This document shows, piece by piece, positions 1 through 19,028 of a DNA stretch of 36,146 nucleotides. Position numbers and translations under genes: made by a program. Each line of letters opens with the position of its first letter. Positions within the stretch are counted from its first letter, which is position 1. The stretch is from NCBI GenBank assembly GCA_002269645.1, contig NIVC01004752.1:1-36146 (forward strand), in the 5' to 3' direction. Origin of the DNA: Macrostomum lignano. Lineage: Eukaryota. The notes under the pieces were generated by a model that ran no database searches, was not told the DNA's origin, and worked only from the letters and a program-made list of their open reading frames with translations.

Positions 1-2640
1 TGCTTTTTTCTGAAATCTTTTTTATTTGTTTATTCCACAACACATAAATGTATATGTTTTTATACCCTTTTTGCCTATATATTGACAAAGGTTAAAAAAT
101 TCACCAATTTTGTGACTTTTTTGCTACTGGAACTTGATAGCATATCTTAAAATTGCACATTTTTCAACTTTGAATGATTATAATTTTTAGACTAATGAAT
201 ATATATAAAGTTTGATTTGTTTTTCTAATGAAAAAAGTATAAAAAGGTTTTTTGTGTACTTTGGTTTATTTAAAAGCTCATTTTCATTTTTTCCCAATAT
301 TATTGCTTGTTGAGTAGCTGCAACTGAAGACTGAAGTTAGCATATATTTAATGCTTATTGTCTTTAGATACATAATTTATATTGTCTGCTTTGCTTTTTA
401 ACTGTAAAACAAATAGGTAAATAATTGTTGATACTATTGTCTTATATATATTTTGATTGAGCCTATCCTTATTATAAAATTGTATATTGTGAATAAAGTT
501 ACCAATGAACATTTATATCTGTAAACAAGTGTAAAGAAGTATTTAATAATATATTGTACTTAAAATTGTATATTGTGAATTTGCTTGTTAAACTTACAAA
601 TGGAATAAACATAATTTCGTATGAAATTCAGTTCATTTTTATGAGACTTTGCATTGCAGACCAAGGTTACATGCATTCAAGGGGTCACTTATTGGGATTA
701 CAACTGGTATAGCTCAATAAGTTAAAGCATACATTTATTTGTATTATTTTACCTTGGAAACTAATTTGCAGTGGTAAAATATCTTCTCTTTGGTTAAGAA
801 AAGCCATAATGAGCCACTTTTTCTATAAGTAGTATGTAAGTAGTATCGCTACTAAAAAGCTAACATTGCTGTTGCTCCTCGGCAGATATATGTGGAAAGA
901 AATAAAAGCATTGTGAAGAATTCCTTTAATTTCCTCTATTAAATGCAATAGAAGAATAGTCTTCGAAATTACTGCTAGAAAAAAATTGAAATTTTCTGTT
1001 TTATCTGTCTATTTTACACTGAAAAGATAGGCAAAAAACAGGCCTCAATAACTTTTTGGTGGATGTAGATAGACATGTACAGTTTTTTTTAATGTAATCA
1101 CATTATGGAGTAGCCTTCATTTCCAGGTTTTACTAAGCTTCGGAAATACAGGCACGATTTTTATTCAACTTTTATTTTTTTATACTATCCAAATAGGGAG
1201 AAAAAAAATTCTTCTTAAAATGTCAAAAAAAGGTTCTAAATATAGTTGTTTGTATCATTAAACAGTTATTTTTTGTTTAAATGATTGCTTTTGAAACAAA
1301 AAACAAACTTTTAAAATTCACTTTTTTTGGCAACAAAACGAGTGTATTAAAAAAAAGACGAAGTTCAGTGGGACACTACTCGGCATACAATGTATATATT
1401 TTTTGTTTCTTTATCTCATTAAAAAGAATAGAAACTTTTCTTTAACATGTATATTTTGTTTTTACTATAAACATTTTTTATGCTTGGCAATTTCATTTTT
1501 AAAAACACTATTTTACAATTTTTTTGTGTAATTATCAGCTTTACGATAACCTCACTGGAGTCCCTACTATAGGGTAATATTAGAGTTTCTATAGCTATGC
1601 AATACAGAGAATTGGAATAAGCCATAGTTTTACTTATAGCTACAGCACATAGACCCCCCTTACAATGGAACATAATAAATTTTGTTAGCAGTTTCAAAAA
1701 TATATAAACAATAATAGAAGTAACAAAAAAATTATTATTATAAAAATTTAATGCATATTGGTTTTTGCAATAGACAAAAAATTAAACTAATAGTATATTA
1801 AGCTAACATAATTGTATACAAATGTATAAAATTTATACAATTAAAGTTTTGTTTGTTATACTAGGCTAAATTAAATTCAAATTTGAACAAAAACATTAGA
1901 AAACTTCTAATTCAATAATCTTTGTCTAGGCCCTATAGCTTAAGACACTAAGCTTAGTCAAATCATCATATTCCATTTTGTCATTTGCCTAAATTGCAAG
2001 CAAGCCTATTGCCTTGGCTATGTTTCTATGTTATGACAAAGTGACTAAGAATTTAATTCCAGCATGCACATGCCACTTTCCACTTTTTTGACTATGCCAT
2101 CTATGGTACATTTGCAGCATTGTAACATTAAAAAACACAAAAACTTGAACAATATAGTACACTTTGCTAATGTAACCAACCAATGAGAAATAATATCACT
2201 GTTCAATAGTCATGTCACTGAAAATAGATTTAAAGATTTTTATAGAATACAGGTATATATTACAGTTTTGAAAAAAAAATACTGAAAAAATGAAAACTAC
2301 AGAAAATAAAAATGCCTCCTTCAACATGTACCAATTTTACTTCTCATAAACAAGTTGTTTCTAAGGAATGACTAAATAATATATATTGAGCAATGAATTA
2401 GATTAAAATAGGAAGATAAAATCTTTTATTTACTTATTTTGTAAATTGCAACAGAAAACATAATTTAAAGTAGCAAAGTATTTAGACATTTAGAAAGTAT
2501 TTAATACTTTATTATTTTATAATTAAAACGCTTAACTTAATTTTTAAATTTTTAAAGACGCAGTAAAGTTTTTTTTGTTTTAACTGTTTTAATTTCATGA
2601 CGTCTACGCCTGACGGGTTTAAATTGTTTCGAGTAAAATA
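1..2640. other. Very AT-rich, non-coding block, possibly a decayed transposon; identity not established
   Basis: Visibly far more AT-rich than the rest of the window, with few CpG and stops in all frames. The only tracked ORF (1419-1697) has no recognisable motif. Composition changes abruptly near 2640. Confidence 0.35.
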
Positions 2641-2944
2641 TATCCAGCATATGGATCAAAGTGTATTATTCAGACACTAGCAGAGGCATCGCCACAGAAA
2701 ACAGGAGGGGCATGTCCCCTAGTAAAAACTACTAAGTACAGCAATGCATGTAGATATCTACACGTGTGCCTGTATACATTACAAGTATATATTTATTTAA
2801 GGGTTTGCAATTTGTACATGTAACAAATCGTGCGTACTACTACGCCTTTCCGCTGTGTCCTCGGGACAGAGCAGCTAAGTCAAAGATATCAAAGGTTGCT
2901 CTCCAAGCGTTTAGAACTTTTTGAAATATCTTTCATTAAGGTAC

Positions 2945-4291
2945 GCGGTGAGGAGGCACCCAACATGGACCACGTACGGCGCACATCGTCGCAGTTCCAA
3001 AGAAGCCGTAGGCACCACGAGGCTTGAGGAGCATCGAGGTATCTGCCTTCAGTCCTGCGCTGCGAAGTTTTTCAACCGGATGCTGTTATCGCGGTTGCAG
3101 CCTAGCCGCAGAACGACTTCCGGCCCCATCGCGGCACAGTGACGCAGATCCTGGCTCTTCAGCGAGTCATCGAGGAAGCACGGATGCGGCAGTCGATCCT
3201 GATTGTTATCTTCATAGATTTCAAGAAGACATTCGACTCGGTGGTCGGCTCTGTGCTCCCAAAGGCGCTCCGTGCGTACAACGTGCCAGAGCAGCTGATT
3301 TCCGCCATCATGGCGATGTACCGCGATACGAAAGCTGCTCTTTCAACACCGGACGGCCTATCGGACTTTTTTGAAAAATTCTCCGGGGTGCCTCAGGGAG
3401 ATACGCTTGCACCGTTCCTGTTCGCTCTGGTGCTTGACTGGTACGTGCTGCACGCACGGATCGCTCTTACGACGACGGCTTTCTGTTGCGGCGACGCGTG
3501 GGTCGACGTCAACCGGAGAGGCGGCTCAGCGTGCTTGCCTACGCTGGCGATCTCGCGGCCTGCTGTCCTCAACTGTCGAGCCCAGCGACAACTGTGCAAG
3601 CTATACTACTAGTTGCTGTTGCGGCGAGTGTCGGCCTGGTGGTCAACACGCAGAAGACCGTCGTGCTCTGCGTGCCGGACGACATCGAGGCTGAAATTTT
3701 GTGAGAGGCGCTATAATGGACAGGCAACAGAGCTTCCGCGTTTTCAGCAGTTCATCTACCTCGGCGGTCTGGTTTCCGCCGTCCGCGAGGATTTGCGGCG
3801 TCGCCGCGGGCTTGCCTGGGCTAGCTGCCTTTCGTTCTGTGAAGGCAGTCCTGCAGTCCGAGGCTGTAACTGACCGCCAAAGGGTGGCGTTGTTCCAGGC
3901 GGTGATCGAGACCGTTCTGCTGTACAACGCCGAGACCTGGACGCTGAAGGAGTCGCTGGCCTGCTGGTCTGCTGCGCGCAGCCTTTAAAATCGGTTTTAC
4001 GAGTGAGTGACCAACGCGGCTTTGTATCACCGCGTCGGCCTGGTGTCTGTCCCATGCAGCGACCTGTTGCGCCGTCGGCGCCTCCAGCTGGCAGGCCGCA
4101 TCATCCGCGCCGAGTCGTACTGCCCAGAGCCGGTGCAGGAGGTGCTGCTGCTAACGCTGCAGGCACCCTACCGGCGGGGGCAGGCGCGCACTCGGCGTTT
4201 CATCGACTGCCTGCTGGCTGACGCCGGCGCCCCGGATTCGGCCGGCGGCGTGGCGTTCATTCGCGACCGGGGCTTGAGGCGCGCCCTGTGA
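2945..4291 (+). mobile_element. 5'-truncated, frameshifted non-LTR retrotransposon (RTE-like LINE), reverse transcriptase region
   Basis: RT motifs are spread over successive frames: RGICLQSCAAKFFNRML, FIDFKKTFDSV, GVPQGDTLAPFLF, LAYAGDLA (YADD changed to YAGD at 3540-3551), GLVVNTQKT, FIYLG, VLLYNAETWTL. A T-rich tail follows the stop at 4291. The clade assignment is from motif recall. Confidence 0.9.
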
Positions 4292-5008
4292 CGCTGAACG
4301 CGTATTCTGTTTTTGTTTTTTTGTTATTATGTATATACTACTGCATTCTGCGGCAACTAAAAATGCATCGTGTGCTCCACACCTCAGATGCAACCAGAAA
4401 CATACAACGAATGCTGTCTCCACGCTGGACAATTATCCTCAAAAAGCAGTACCTCGATCTCCATAAAGTACCTATACATGCACTGTAGTTGTCTCAGATG
4501 AAAGCTATGCGATGCAATAGTACCCCAGTCTGAGCAAACTTTGACGATCGATCTTGGTTGCTGGAAATGTGTCAGTCACGCCAAATCGCTTAGGGAATTG
4601 AACTACTCCTTATAATTGCATTGCTAGCTGAAAGCATGTGGAAGGAAAGGCCTGATCTACAGCTGCACAGTGAGAACCCGTCTCGTGTCCTCATCGACTA
4701 AAGGCAAATTGCAGAGAAATGCAACTCAATTTTTGGTTTGCCAGTCCAACATTGAAGCCGACCGACGCTGCTAGCTCACACTACCAAAACTGTCAACTCC
4801 TTTTGTGTTTAGCAAGCCATTAGCTTGCGTTAGTGACTCACCATCACTTTAATCAGAAACTCTACTGACATGGTATTTAAAGAGACGTTTTACAAGTGGA
4901 ATGATCCGAATTTCACCTGCTGCAGTTGAGACTGGATTGCCGCACATTAGATTACTTTGCCTGAAAAATCAACTGGACAACTGAAACGCTAAAGAAAGCA
5001 CATCAAGG

Positions 5009-5839
5009 ATGCAGTCAAACATCATCATCTGGATAAGTTTCCTTTGCGGTCTCGCAGCGCTTCTGGCTGTCGCAGCTGCGGAGGTGCCCAGGCCGGCTGT
5101 CCGGTTCACCGCGGCCTGGACGGGCAGCGCTGTCGCTCCGCCGGAGTTTCTATCGCAGCCCGGACTCAGCGAGCGCAGCTGCGGCTTCATGTGCAGCCAC
5201 AGGCCGGACTGCTTCGGCTTCTACTGGCTGCTCGGAGCGTGTCGGCTGTTCGACCTGCAGGCGTTTTACGATGCCAGCGCCTGGGTCAGCACCGGCAAGT
5301 GCGACGTCTTCGTGCTGGGTGCGTTTCTGGTGCTTTCGCTCACTTTGGTTCTTTTTTGTTAATATGACAACTGTTTCTGTAAACTCATTGATTGTATCTT
5401 ATGAGTAGATACATTTATTGTCTCTCCATCAGATTTCAAGAAGCTGCCTGCTGCGGACTGCAGCCAGAGCTCAACCAGTCCGAAATGGTTCTACCCATGC
5501 AACAGAGCCATCGACGGTAACACGAGCCAGTCTCTGTGGTCCGACTCCTGCACTCACACTCAGTTCAATGCTAGCGAGTGGTGGGAGGCCGGCCTCACAG
5601 CTCCGTCTCTCGTGTCCTTCGTCACCATCCACAACAGGCAGGACTGCTGCGCTGAGAGGCTCAACAAGTTCGACCTGCTGGTTGACGGGTCCGTGTGCAA
5701 CCAGGTGAGGCTCAGCGCTCCGTTCTCCGTGGCCAACTTCACCTGCGGCGCTTTCGGCTCTCGGTTCCGAGTTGTGGCTCGCAGCGACCCGCCAACAGCC
5801 CTCACCATCTGCGAGTTCATGGCCTACGGCTTCTTCTGA
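5009..5839 (+). CDS. Secreted PAN/apple-like + F-type lectin (fucolectin) domain protein, 2 exons, 238 aa
   Basis: Exon 1 5009-5318 has a signal peptide and a CGFMC...CFGF...CRLF Cys pattern. Phase-1 GT-AG intron 5319-5432. Exon 2 5433-5839 has AIDGN, SCTHT, WW and NRQDCCAERL. The F-type lectin motif H-x26-R-x-D-x4-R is exact. Confidence 0.88.
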
Positions 5840-6712
5840 TCGAGGAATTCTGAGAAATTCAATGTTGGATCACGGGATGCCCAGTGAAATACCATAATAG
5901 TTAAAAAGTCGGTTACAAAATAACCATCCTGATTCGAAAGCCCTTTGACATGTTTGTGTTATAATCACCTGCTGCTATTTTCCAAGTTTTCTGAATATTC
6001 AGAGAATTCGATCTTCTTTTCCCCTTCTACCGCTTAATTTGACATCGCTTTTAAGAAGCCGGTCAATCAATTTCCATTTATTCAAACTCAGAAAAATTAA
6101 TCGTAATGGGACATATGGGCTATGAAGGATGTACATCTATAGTCAAACTCTCCTCAATACGACTACTAATCAACAACTTTTGACTCTCCTGCTTTTTCTG
6201 AACGAATTTCAAGAAAGAAAAGTCAACTTGGCAGAAAATAAATAAGAAAAATCAATGACCAGCAAGTTCAGATCCTGATCAAGTTGCTGTCGGTCGAAAC
6301 TGCTGCCACAAAATTGTTTCTGGATTGCCAATTTATTTAAATTGTTTTTCAGTGTGCAGGCACGGAATGGTTGCTGGCATAGTCTAACGAGAATGTAGAT
6401 AAAAACTGCTTCAAGTTTCACAGGCCATACTGTCGGTTGCTGTGCATTGCAATCATTATGCTCTGTCGATCCCACCCCCGCGTGGTTTTGGAAATCAATA
6501 ATTTTGCTTTAGGGTGCTAAAATATATGTGCATGTATAAGTAGCACCTGCGGCACCGAAATAGGTGGCGCCGAATGAGTTCCTGTGGCGCCATAATGAGG
6601 CGCCAATTTACATTTAAGAACAAATACTAAACGTCGGAACCACAGAGAAGACAGAAACCAAATGGGATAATTATAGGAGCTATGGTACTCGTGGTACATT
6701 TATATTGATATT

Positions 6713-6803
6713 GCAGGGGGGTTGTGGCCGCACCCTGGCGAAACGCATCGTCCCACAACCAGCGCTGACGGTAATTCTGCCTATATTCCACTGACTCCAG
6801 AGC
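6713..6803 (-). mobile_element. 3' fragment of the older tRNA-SINE family also seen at 10653-11345
   Basis: The reverse complement aligns with the SINE 3' end (gctc..gagtca...gcagaatt...ggttg...cgtttcg..cagggtg) in nAChR intron 10573-11442. Confidence 0.6.
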
Positions 6804-7195
6804 TTCTCGATCTTTAACCTGATTGGACGATGCCCAAAACTCAACCGATTGGCTGAAGACTGCAGCTAAATACACAAAACTTTAGCAATACACAGACAGA
6901 TACAGGACGGTGGGAACTCCGTGAAAAATAAACCAATCGCTGAAGACTAAAGACTGCTGTCAATAAATTTAAAGCTGCTAGTTCAAAGCACCTTTAATTA
7001 ATTCCGTTGAACATTACAATTGTTGCTTTTGCAAAATGAAAATTCTACAAATGTTCCTCTATCTTGCGGCTTGTTGGACAGCTTTCTTAGTTATTTGTCT
7101 GCAGTGCTGCACACTATTTGGTAAGAGGCTGATGTTGAATATTCTACATAAAAAACTATTTTGCAGATATCAGCAAGCTAAGAATATGTATATAT

Positions 7196-7284
7196 GATAT
7201 TCTATGGGTTTGAGGTCGGTATGTGATTATTTCACTTCACGAGGGATTTAAGTGAAATACCGACCGAAAAAACCATAGAATATC
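7196..7284. repeat. Imperfect foldback hairpin (MITE-like)
   Basis: gatattctatgg..ggtcggtat..tttcactt pairs with aagtgaaataccgacc..ccatagaatatc. Confidence 0.65.
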
Positions 7285-7345
7285 TTATTTAAACTACTTT
7301 AATTTTGCGGGATGTATTCAGATAAATCCCGGAGCCATACTTGTA

Positions 7346-7408
7346 TGTCTATGGTTGAAGTTGGGGATGGGGTGTGGGGGCGAAGCCCCCACATTCTTAC
7401 CATAGACA
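7346..7408. repeat. Small element bounded by GTCTATGG/CCATAGAC with an internal GCGAAGC hairpin
   Basis: 8-bp inverted ends; tgtgggggc-gaa-gcccccaca forms a 9-bp stem at 7373-7393. Confidence 0.5.
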
Positions 7409-10060
7409 AAATTTCATTAAGAAATTTCTCGAGTCACGAAGGAAGAGAAGAGAGAAGCTCGCTTATTTAGACACATACAATAATCCTTGCAATATGTCCG
7501 GGAAAGTGATCGAATAAATCCCACAAAATAAAATCTACTTCAATAACCTCCCTGAAAGTGAGCTTTAAAGTGGTTTAAATGCTGTTTACCATAGATATTG
7601 TTAAGCAGCTATTCCTAATTCCTATTCCTAACTGAACATGCAGCAGATACATGGAATAGGCAGCAAAAGGGAATGATTTTTATTGTAACTCCAGGATCAA
7701 CTATGAATATTGCTCGATTACCATAGACAGCAGCTGTGTCTATAGTCTATGGTTTGACTGTACTGAGTGTGGAAGTCCTTTTTGTAGAAGGCGGGAACTG
7801 GCATTGTAAGCGCCAGACCATAGACACTGCATAGTGACGCAAGTTGACAGATACATAGTGCGGGTAAAAGGCCAGGTTGACCATATATTTTTTCACTTTT
7901 ATTTTATGCTTAATAGGTCAGATCTTTGTTGAAAAAAGACAAGCCTTGGAGCATCGAGGAACACATGTTCTCTGAACCGTATCAGAGCCTAAATTATCCC
8001 ACTTCGAACCGTGTCATACAATTATTTACAGCTTTTGAATCCTTAGAGTCTCTTTGATATAATTAGTATGGTAGGAGAATTTTAATGATGTTCTGCTTAA
8101 AAAATGCAGTTACAGGTCGTACAGTGCTAACTAGGGCCGCCGAAAACGTTGAAGAATATTCATCTATTCATCTCTAACTAGCTTTTACATGTCAATAAAG
8201 GGGATTTACATACAACATCGGTAAATTTTATCTGTCGAAAACCGCATTCGATTCGTGCATTGGGTAACAGGAGCTTCAGCCCTTGATGATATAGCAAAAA
8301 TGAGATGAAGACCGCAGGCAGCAGTTTCCGGATCGCGCTTTACGCCAGAGACAGATGCTATGTTAAAGCAAGTTCTCGCTACCGGGAGAGCAACCATCTA
8401 CCTCTTAGTTCGGAGAAGGTCTAGGGACACTCCGCAGACACCCGCCATGGGTTGATCGGCATTGGTGTCCCGCTGTATCCGGATGCCCGGAGTCCACTGC
8501 AGCTGAGTCAAGCGAGTCAAGGGTAAGTCAGTCACAATGCTGGAATCGAATGCAGTTTTCGACAGCAGATAAAAGTCACAAATGTTGAATGTAGCGTTGT
8601 ATATTTATAGATCAGGGGGTAAGACTGCCGAACAAGAGTCAAGTAAAATGAAAAGCTTTTTGGGACACCCGTTAGACGATTACACTACGATGGAGTACCT
8701 AAAAATATATGGTTGCTTTCTGGACCACCACGAGGGAAATAAACTTTTAATACAGCTACCTATCGTCTCGCGCTGCTCCGTAGAACGCATCTAATAAATA
8801 ATTCTGTTGTGTAATCCATTCTTTAACACCCCAACAACTTTATCTAAACCTAAATTATTCAATACAGACTGTCAAATACTTTGCGAAAGAAATAAGAATT
8901 AAGTTTAATGAAAACACATCGCGTGAGGTGTAGCACGTGTGTGACACATTTCTTTGATTAAATACTTAATTGAAAGATCATGGGACAGTCGACGGAACTG
9001 TCTACCAGCAAAAGAAGTTTAGAGACCAAAGCAGGAATTCCGCCAACATCATGTACTCGCATTTTGAAATTGGAGCTATAGAATAAACACTGTGAGCTTT
9101 GCTGGAAAAGAATTCACTTCCTTGAAGTTAATACTTTCTTTGGCTCACTGTTTGTGCATCTCTCTGCCCACTCCCTGTCTGGTTGCTGTGCTCCAACTCC
9201 AGGATCCGTCTGCCCCCCTCCCCGGGCAATTTCCTTCCCATTTCTCTAATACTTTTGCTCCCGAAGTTCCTTCCGTCCCAGCTGGACGGCTCTCTAGCTT
9301 TCCCAGCCTTCATTCCGTCCTCCTGCAGGGGGTCTCGTCACTCCGGTTCCTGACTATTCGCTTCTCCAAAACCAGGCGCCCCCATCCAGGAATCGCTTTT
9401 TTGCCGGGCGACGCGGGAAATGAGAAATTGAATGTGTCGTAACCGAATTATCGCCCCCTTCCGGCACCAACGCTCACGGCTGAGAATTGTTACTCTCCAA
9501 AGCAGCGTCATCCGTGGAGCTGCAATCTGCTTTTTTAGCCAGTCCCGCAACTAACTCCACTCAAATCAGACGGCGCGTGACTTGCAGGATGTGCTTGTTG
9601 ATTACAGCCCGACTGTCTACTGATGCACCATTTTGAATACTTTGTTTACTATTGACTTTGTTGTTGTCTGGCATCAAATGAAATTTTGCGCAAAGGTCAG
9701 CTACAAGAACCAAAAGGTTGTATGGAAGTGAAAAAGAAAAGACTGCAAAAACCATGATTGCCGAAACATGTCGACACGAACCGCTTGTGCTAGGTAAAAC
9801 GTTTTGCTGAATCTGAATATGACACTGATTATCAGCTTTGTTCTAGGCGTGAATTTTAGTTTAAAAGACTAATAATTTACGCCCCAAAAGGGAACTCTCT
9901 TTCAAAATCGAAACAGGCAGAAAATCTCTCTCATGATTAGCAGCTGGGTCTCAGATGAATTTTCGAGACATTCGAGCAAGAATCCAAAATATCTGAGTTG
10001 ATTTTCAATTTGATGAGGTCTGAGTAGTCTCAGGTACCAACTAACTCCATCTGCTAACAG

Positions 10061-16516
<6,456 letters not shown>

Positions 16517-17332
16517 ACTATGCGTAGCCGAAATACCTTTTCGGGAAATTGTGTACTGTAGATAAAAGTTGCCTACTGCTTGTAAAACAACATTGGTTCT
16601 AATGCTACAGTCTGTCACATTATGCACCAATATGCTGTTGTTTGTCGGCCGCAGCCAAGGATGTCAACTTACGCCCCTAAAATGGAGCCCAGAGTAACGC
16701 TCTGGACCAAAGTCGACTGTCATTGGTATCCTAAAACGCCGGATATCCCTCCTTGTGCTCCCAGGATGAAAAAAGGCTTGATACAAGAGACCACCAGGCA
16801 CTAGTTTGCAAGGCATCATCAGCTGAGCCATCAAAAAATTGAACAGGACGTTTGATCGCCCGAAAATTGGTCTCATTTGATAGCTGCGCGAACGAGCCTT
16901 AAGAGTCCATTGATTGATACTGTAAATATGTTGGAATTATTTAGACATAATTAAGCTTCTAAATAAGCAATAGAAGTGTGTTTCTCTCAATTGATAGAAT
17001 CTGCTCACCTGTTTGCAAATCACCGATAGCCCAATAGTTACCGCCTACTAGGTAACTAAAAATTACTTGAAATGCTGCTTTTTATTACTTATAGTAGCCA
17101 CCTATCAACTAACTCTTTAAGTAAGTTATAATAAATTTCGATTTTGACACTGTGAGTGAATCTGAGCAGCGATACATTCAGTTTTACATTTATTTTAACA
17201 AACTTTTTCATCTCGCTGGTCTGTCTAGGACTTTCGGCTTTGGTAAAAATGCAGGACGATTCATCCACAACAGAAGTCTATAATTTTCTCTCGAATGCAT
17301 TTACAGTAATGAACAGCAAAGAATGAAATTCA

Positions 17333-19028
17333 TTAGGGCCAACCCATTAGGACCAACCCATCAGGAACAACCCATTATTTTTTTTTATTAGAGGCAGGGG
17401 GGTTGTGTGCACCCTGGCGCAATTTAAGCGTCATTGGCACACAACCGGCGAGAGGCATTACTGCCCATTCCGCCAACTCCCCTGAGCAGGCATACAAGCG
17501 CGCGGATACGTTACGCAGGCACACACTCACACAGGAGTGTACAGCGGCCCTAACTTTATCAATTGTTAGGCATGTACATTTCACTGCGCCTTGGGGGGTT
17601 GGCTCTCAAGGCCGTTAATTGCACAAGCGAGCCAAGCCAAGATTCCAATCCAGCCCCAAATTAATGTGGCTGCACTTGGAATCGAGCCTGGGTCGCGGCA
17701 CACCAGAGCAGCTGCGCTACCGCTGGGCTACGGCCCCCCCTTTCCTGAGCAGGGACCAACCCATTAGGGCCAACCCATTAGGGCCAACCCATTAGGGCAA
17801 ACCCATTAGGGCCAACCCATTATTAGGGCCAACCCATAAGGACCAACCCATTATTAGGGCCAACCCATTAGGACCAACCCATTATTAGGGCCAATCCATT
17901 AGAACCAACCCATTAGGACCAACCCATTAGGGCCAACCCATTAGGGCAAACCCATTAGGGCCAACCCATTATTAGGGCCAACCCATTAGGACCAACCCAT
18001 TATTAGGGCCAACCCATTAGAACCAACCCATTATTAGGGCCAACCCATTAGGACCAACCCATTATTAGGGCCAACCCATTAGGACCAACCCATTATTAGG
18101 GCCAACCCATTAGGACCAACCTATTAATTATTAGGGCCAACCCATTAGGGCAAACCCATTAGGGCCAACCCATTATTAGGGCCAACCCATTAGAACCAAC
18201 CCATTAGGACCAACCCATTAGGGCCAACCCATTAGGGCAAACCCATTAGGGCCAACCCATTATTAGGGCCAACCCATTAGGACCAACCCATTATTAGGGC
18301 CAACCCATTAGAACCAACCCATTATTAGGGCCAACCCATTAGGACCAACCCATTATTAGGGCCAACCCATTAGGACCAACCCATTATTAGGGCCAACCCA
18401 TTAGGACCAACCTATTAATTATTAGGGCCAACCCATTAGGGCAAACCCATTAGGGCCAACCCATTATTAGGGCCAACCCATTAGAACCAACCCATTAGGA
18501 CCAACCCATTAGGGCCAACCCATTAGGGCAAACCCATTAGGGCCAACTCATTATTAGGGCCAACCCATTAGAACCAACCCATTATTAGGGCCAACCCATT
18601 AGGACCAACCCATTATTAGGGCCAACCCATTAGGACCAACCCATTATTAGGGCCAACCCATTAGGACCAACCCATTAATTATTAGGGCCAACCCATTAGG
18701 GCAAACCCATTAGGGCCAACCCATTATTAGGGCCAACCCATTAGGACCAACCCACTATTAGGGCCAACCCATTAGAACCAACCCATTATTAGGGCCAACC
18801 CATTAGAACCAATCCATTATTAGGGCCATCCCATTAGGACCAACCCATTATTAGGGCCAACCCATTAGGACCAACCCATTATTAGGGCCAGCACATTAGG
18901 GCCAACCCATTAGGGCCAACCCATTAGGGCTAATCCATTAGGGCCAACCCATTAGGGCCAACTCATTAGGGCCAACCCATTAGGGCCAACCCATTAGGGC
19001 CAACCCATTAGGGCCAACCCATTAGGGC
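17333..19028. repeat. 14/17-bp satellite (TTAGGGCCAACCCA, with optional extra TTA) with higher-order structure, interrupted by a SINE
   Basis: Main array 17752-19028, left remnant 17333-17377. Variants ggacc, gggcaaa and agaacc recur. The marker ctattaatt occurs at 18121 and 18412. Confidence 0.95.
17378..17751 (-). mobile_element. Second copy of the younger tRNA-derived SINE, inserted in the satellite
   Basis: The reverse complement closely matches 10862-11239. A-box tagcccagcgg, B-box-like ggctcgattcc, and a poly(A) tail read as a T run starting at 17378. Confidence 0.85.

Noticed and set aside
640-900. Minus-strand snippets LPLQISFQGK (pogo-like) and FSSDTTY (MULE-like)
   Set aside because: The matches are too short, lie in different frames among many stops, and point to different families.
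1419-1697. 92-aa minus-strand ORF
   Set aside because: It has a non-ATG start, AT-rich low-complexity composition and no motif, so it is likely a chance ORF.
6545-6606. Cluster of GGCGCC motifs
   Set aside because: No TIR, TSD or regular period could be defined.
8420-8472. GGGACAC...GTGTCCC stem as a possible ribozyme or ncRNA
   Set aside because: Only a 7-bp stem is present, with no hammerhead (CUGANGA/GAAA) or HDV core arrangement.
9092-9442. 116-aa ORF as the nAChR signal exon
   Set aside because: It has a GTG start, no convincing phase-1 donor after the hydrophobic part, and a pyrimidine-rich low-complexity sequence.
16660-16880. Faint resemblance to the Tc1 C-terminal WPxxSPDL motif
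   Set aside because: Similarity is too weak, there are several stops, and no TIR is present.
17752-19028. CRISPR array or true telomere
   Set aside because: The context is eukaryotic with no unique spacers, TTAGGG is never tandem, and unique sequence continues on both sides.
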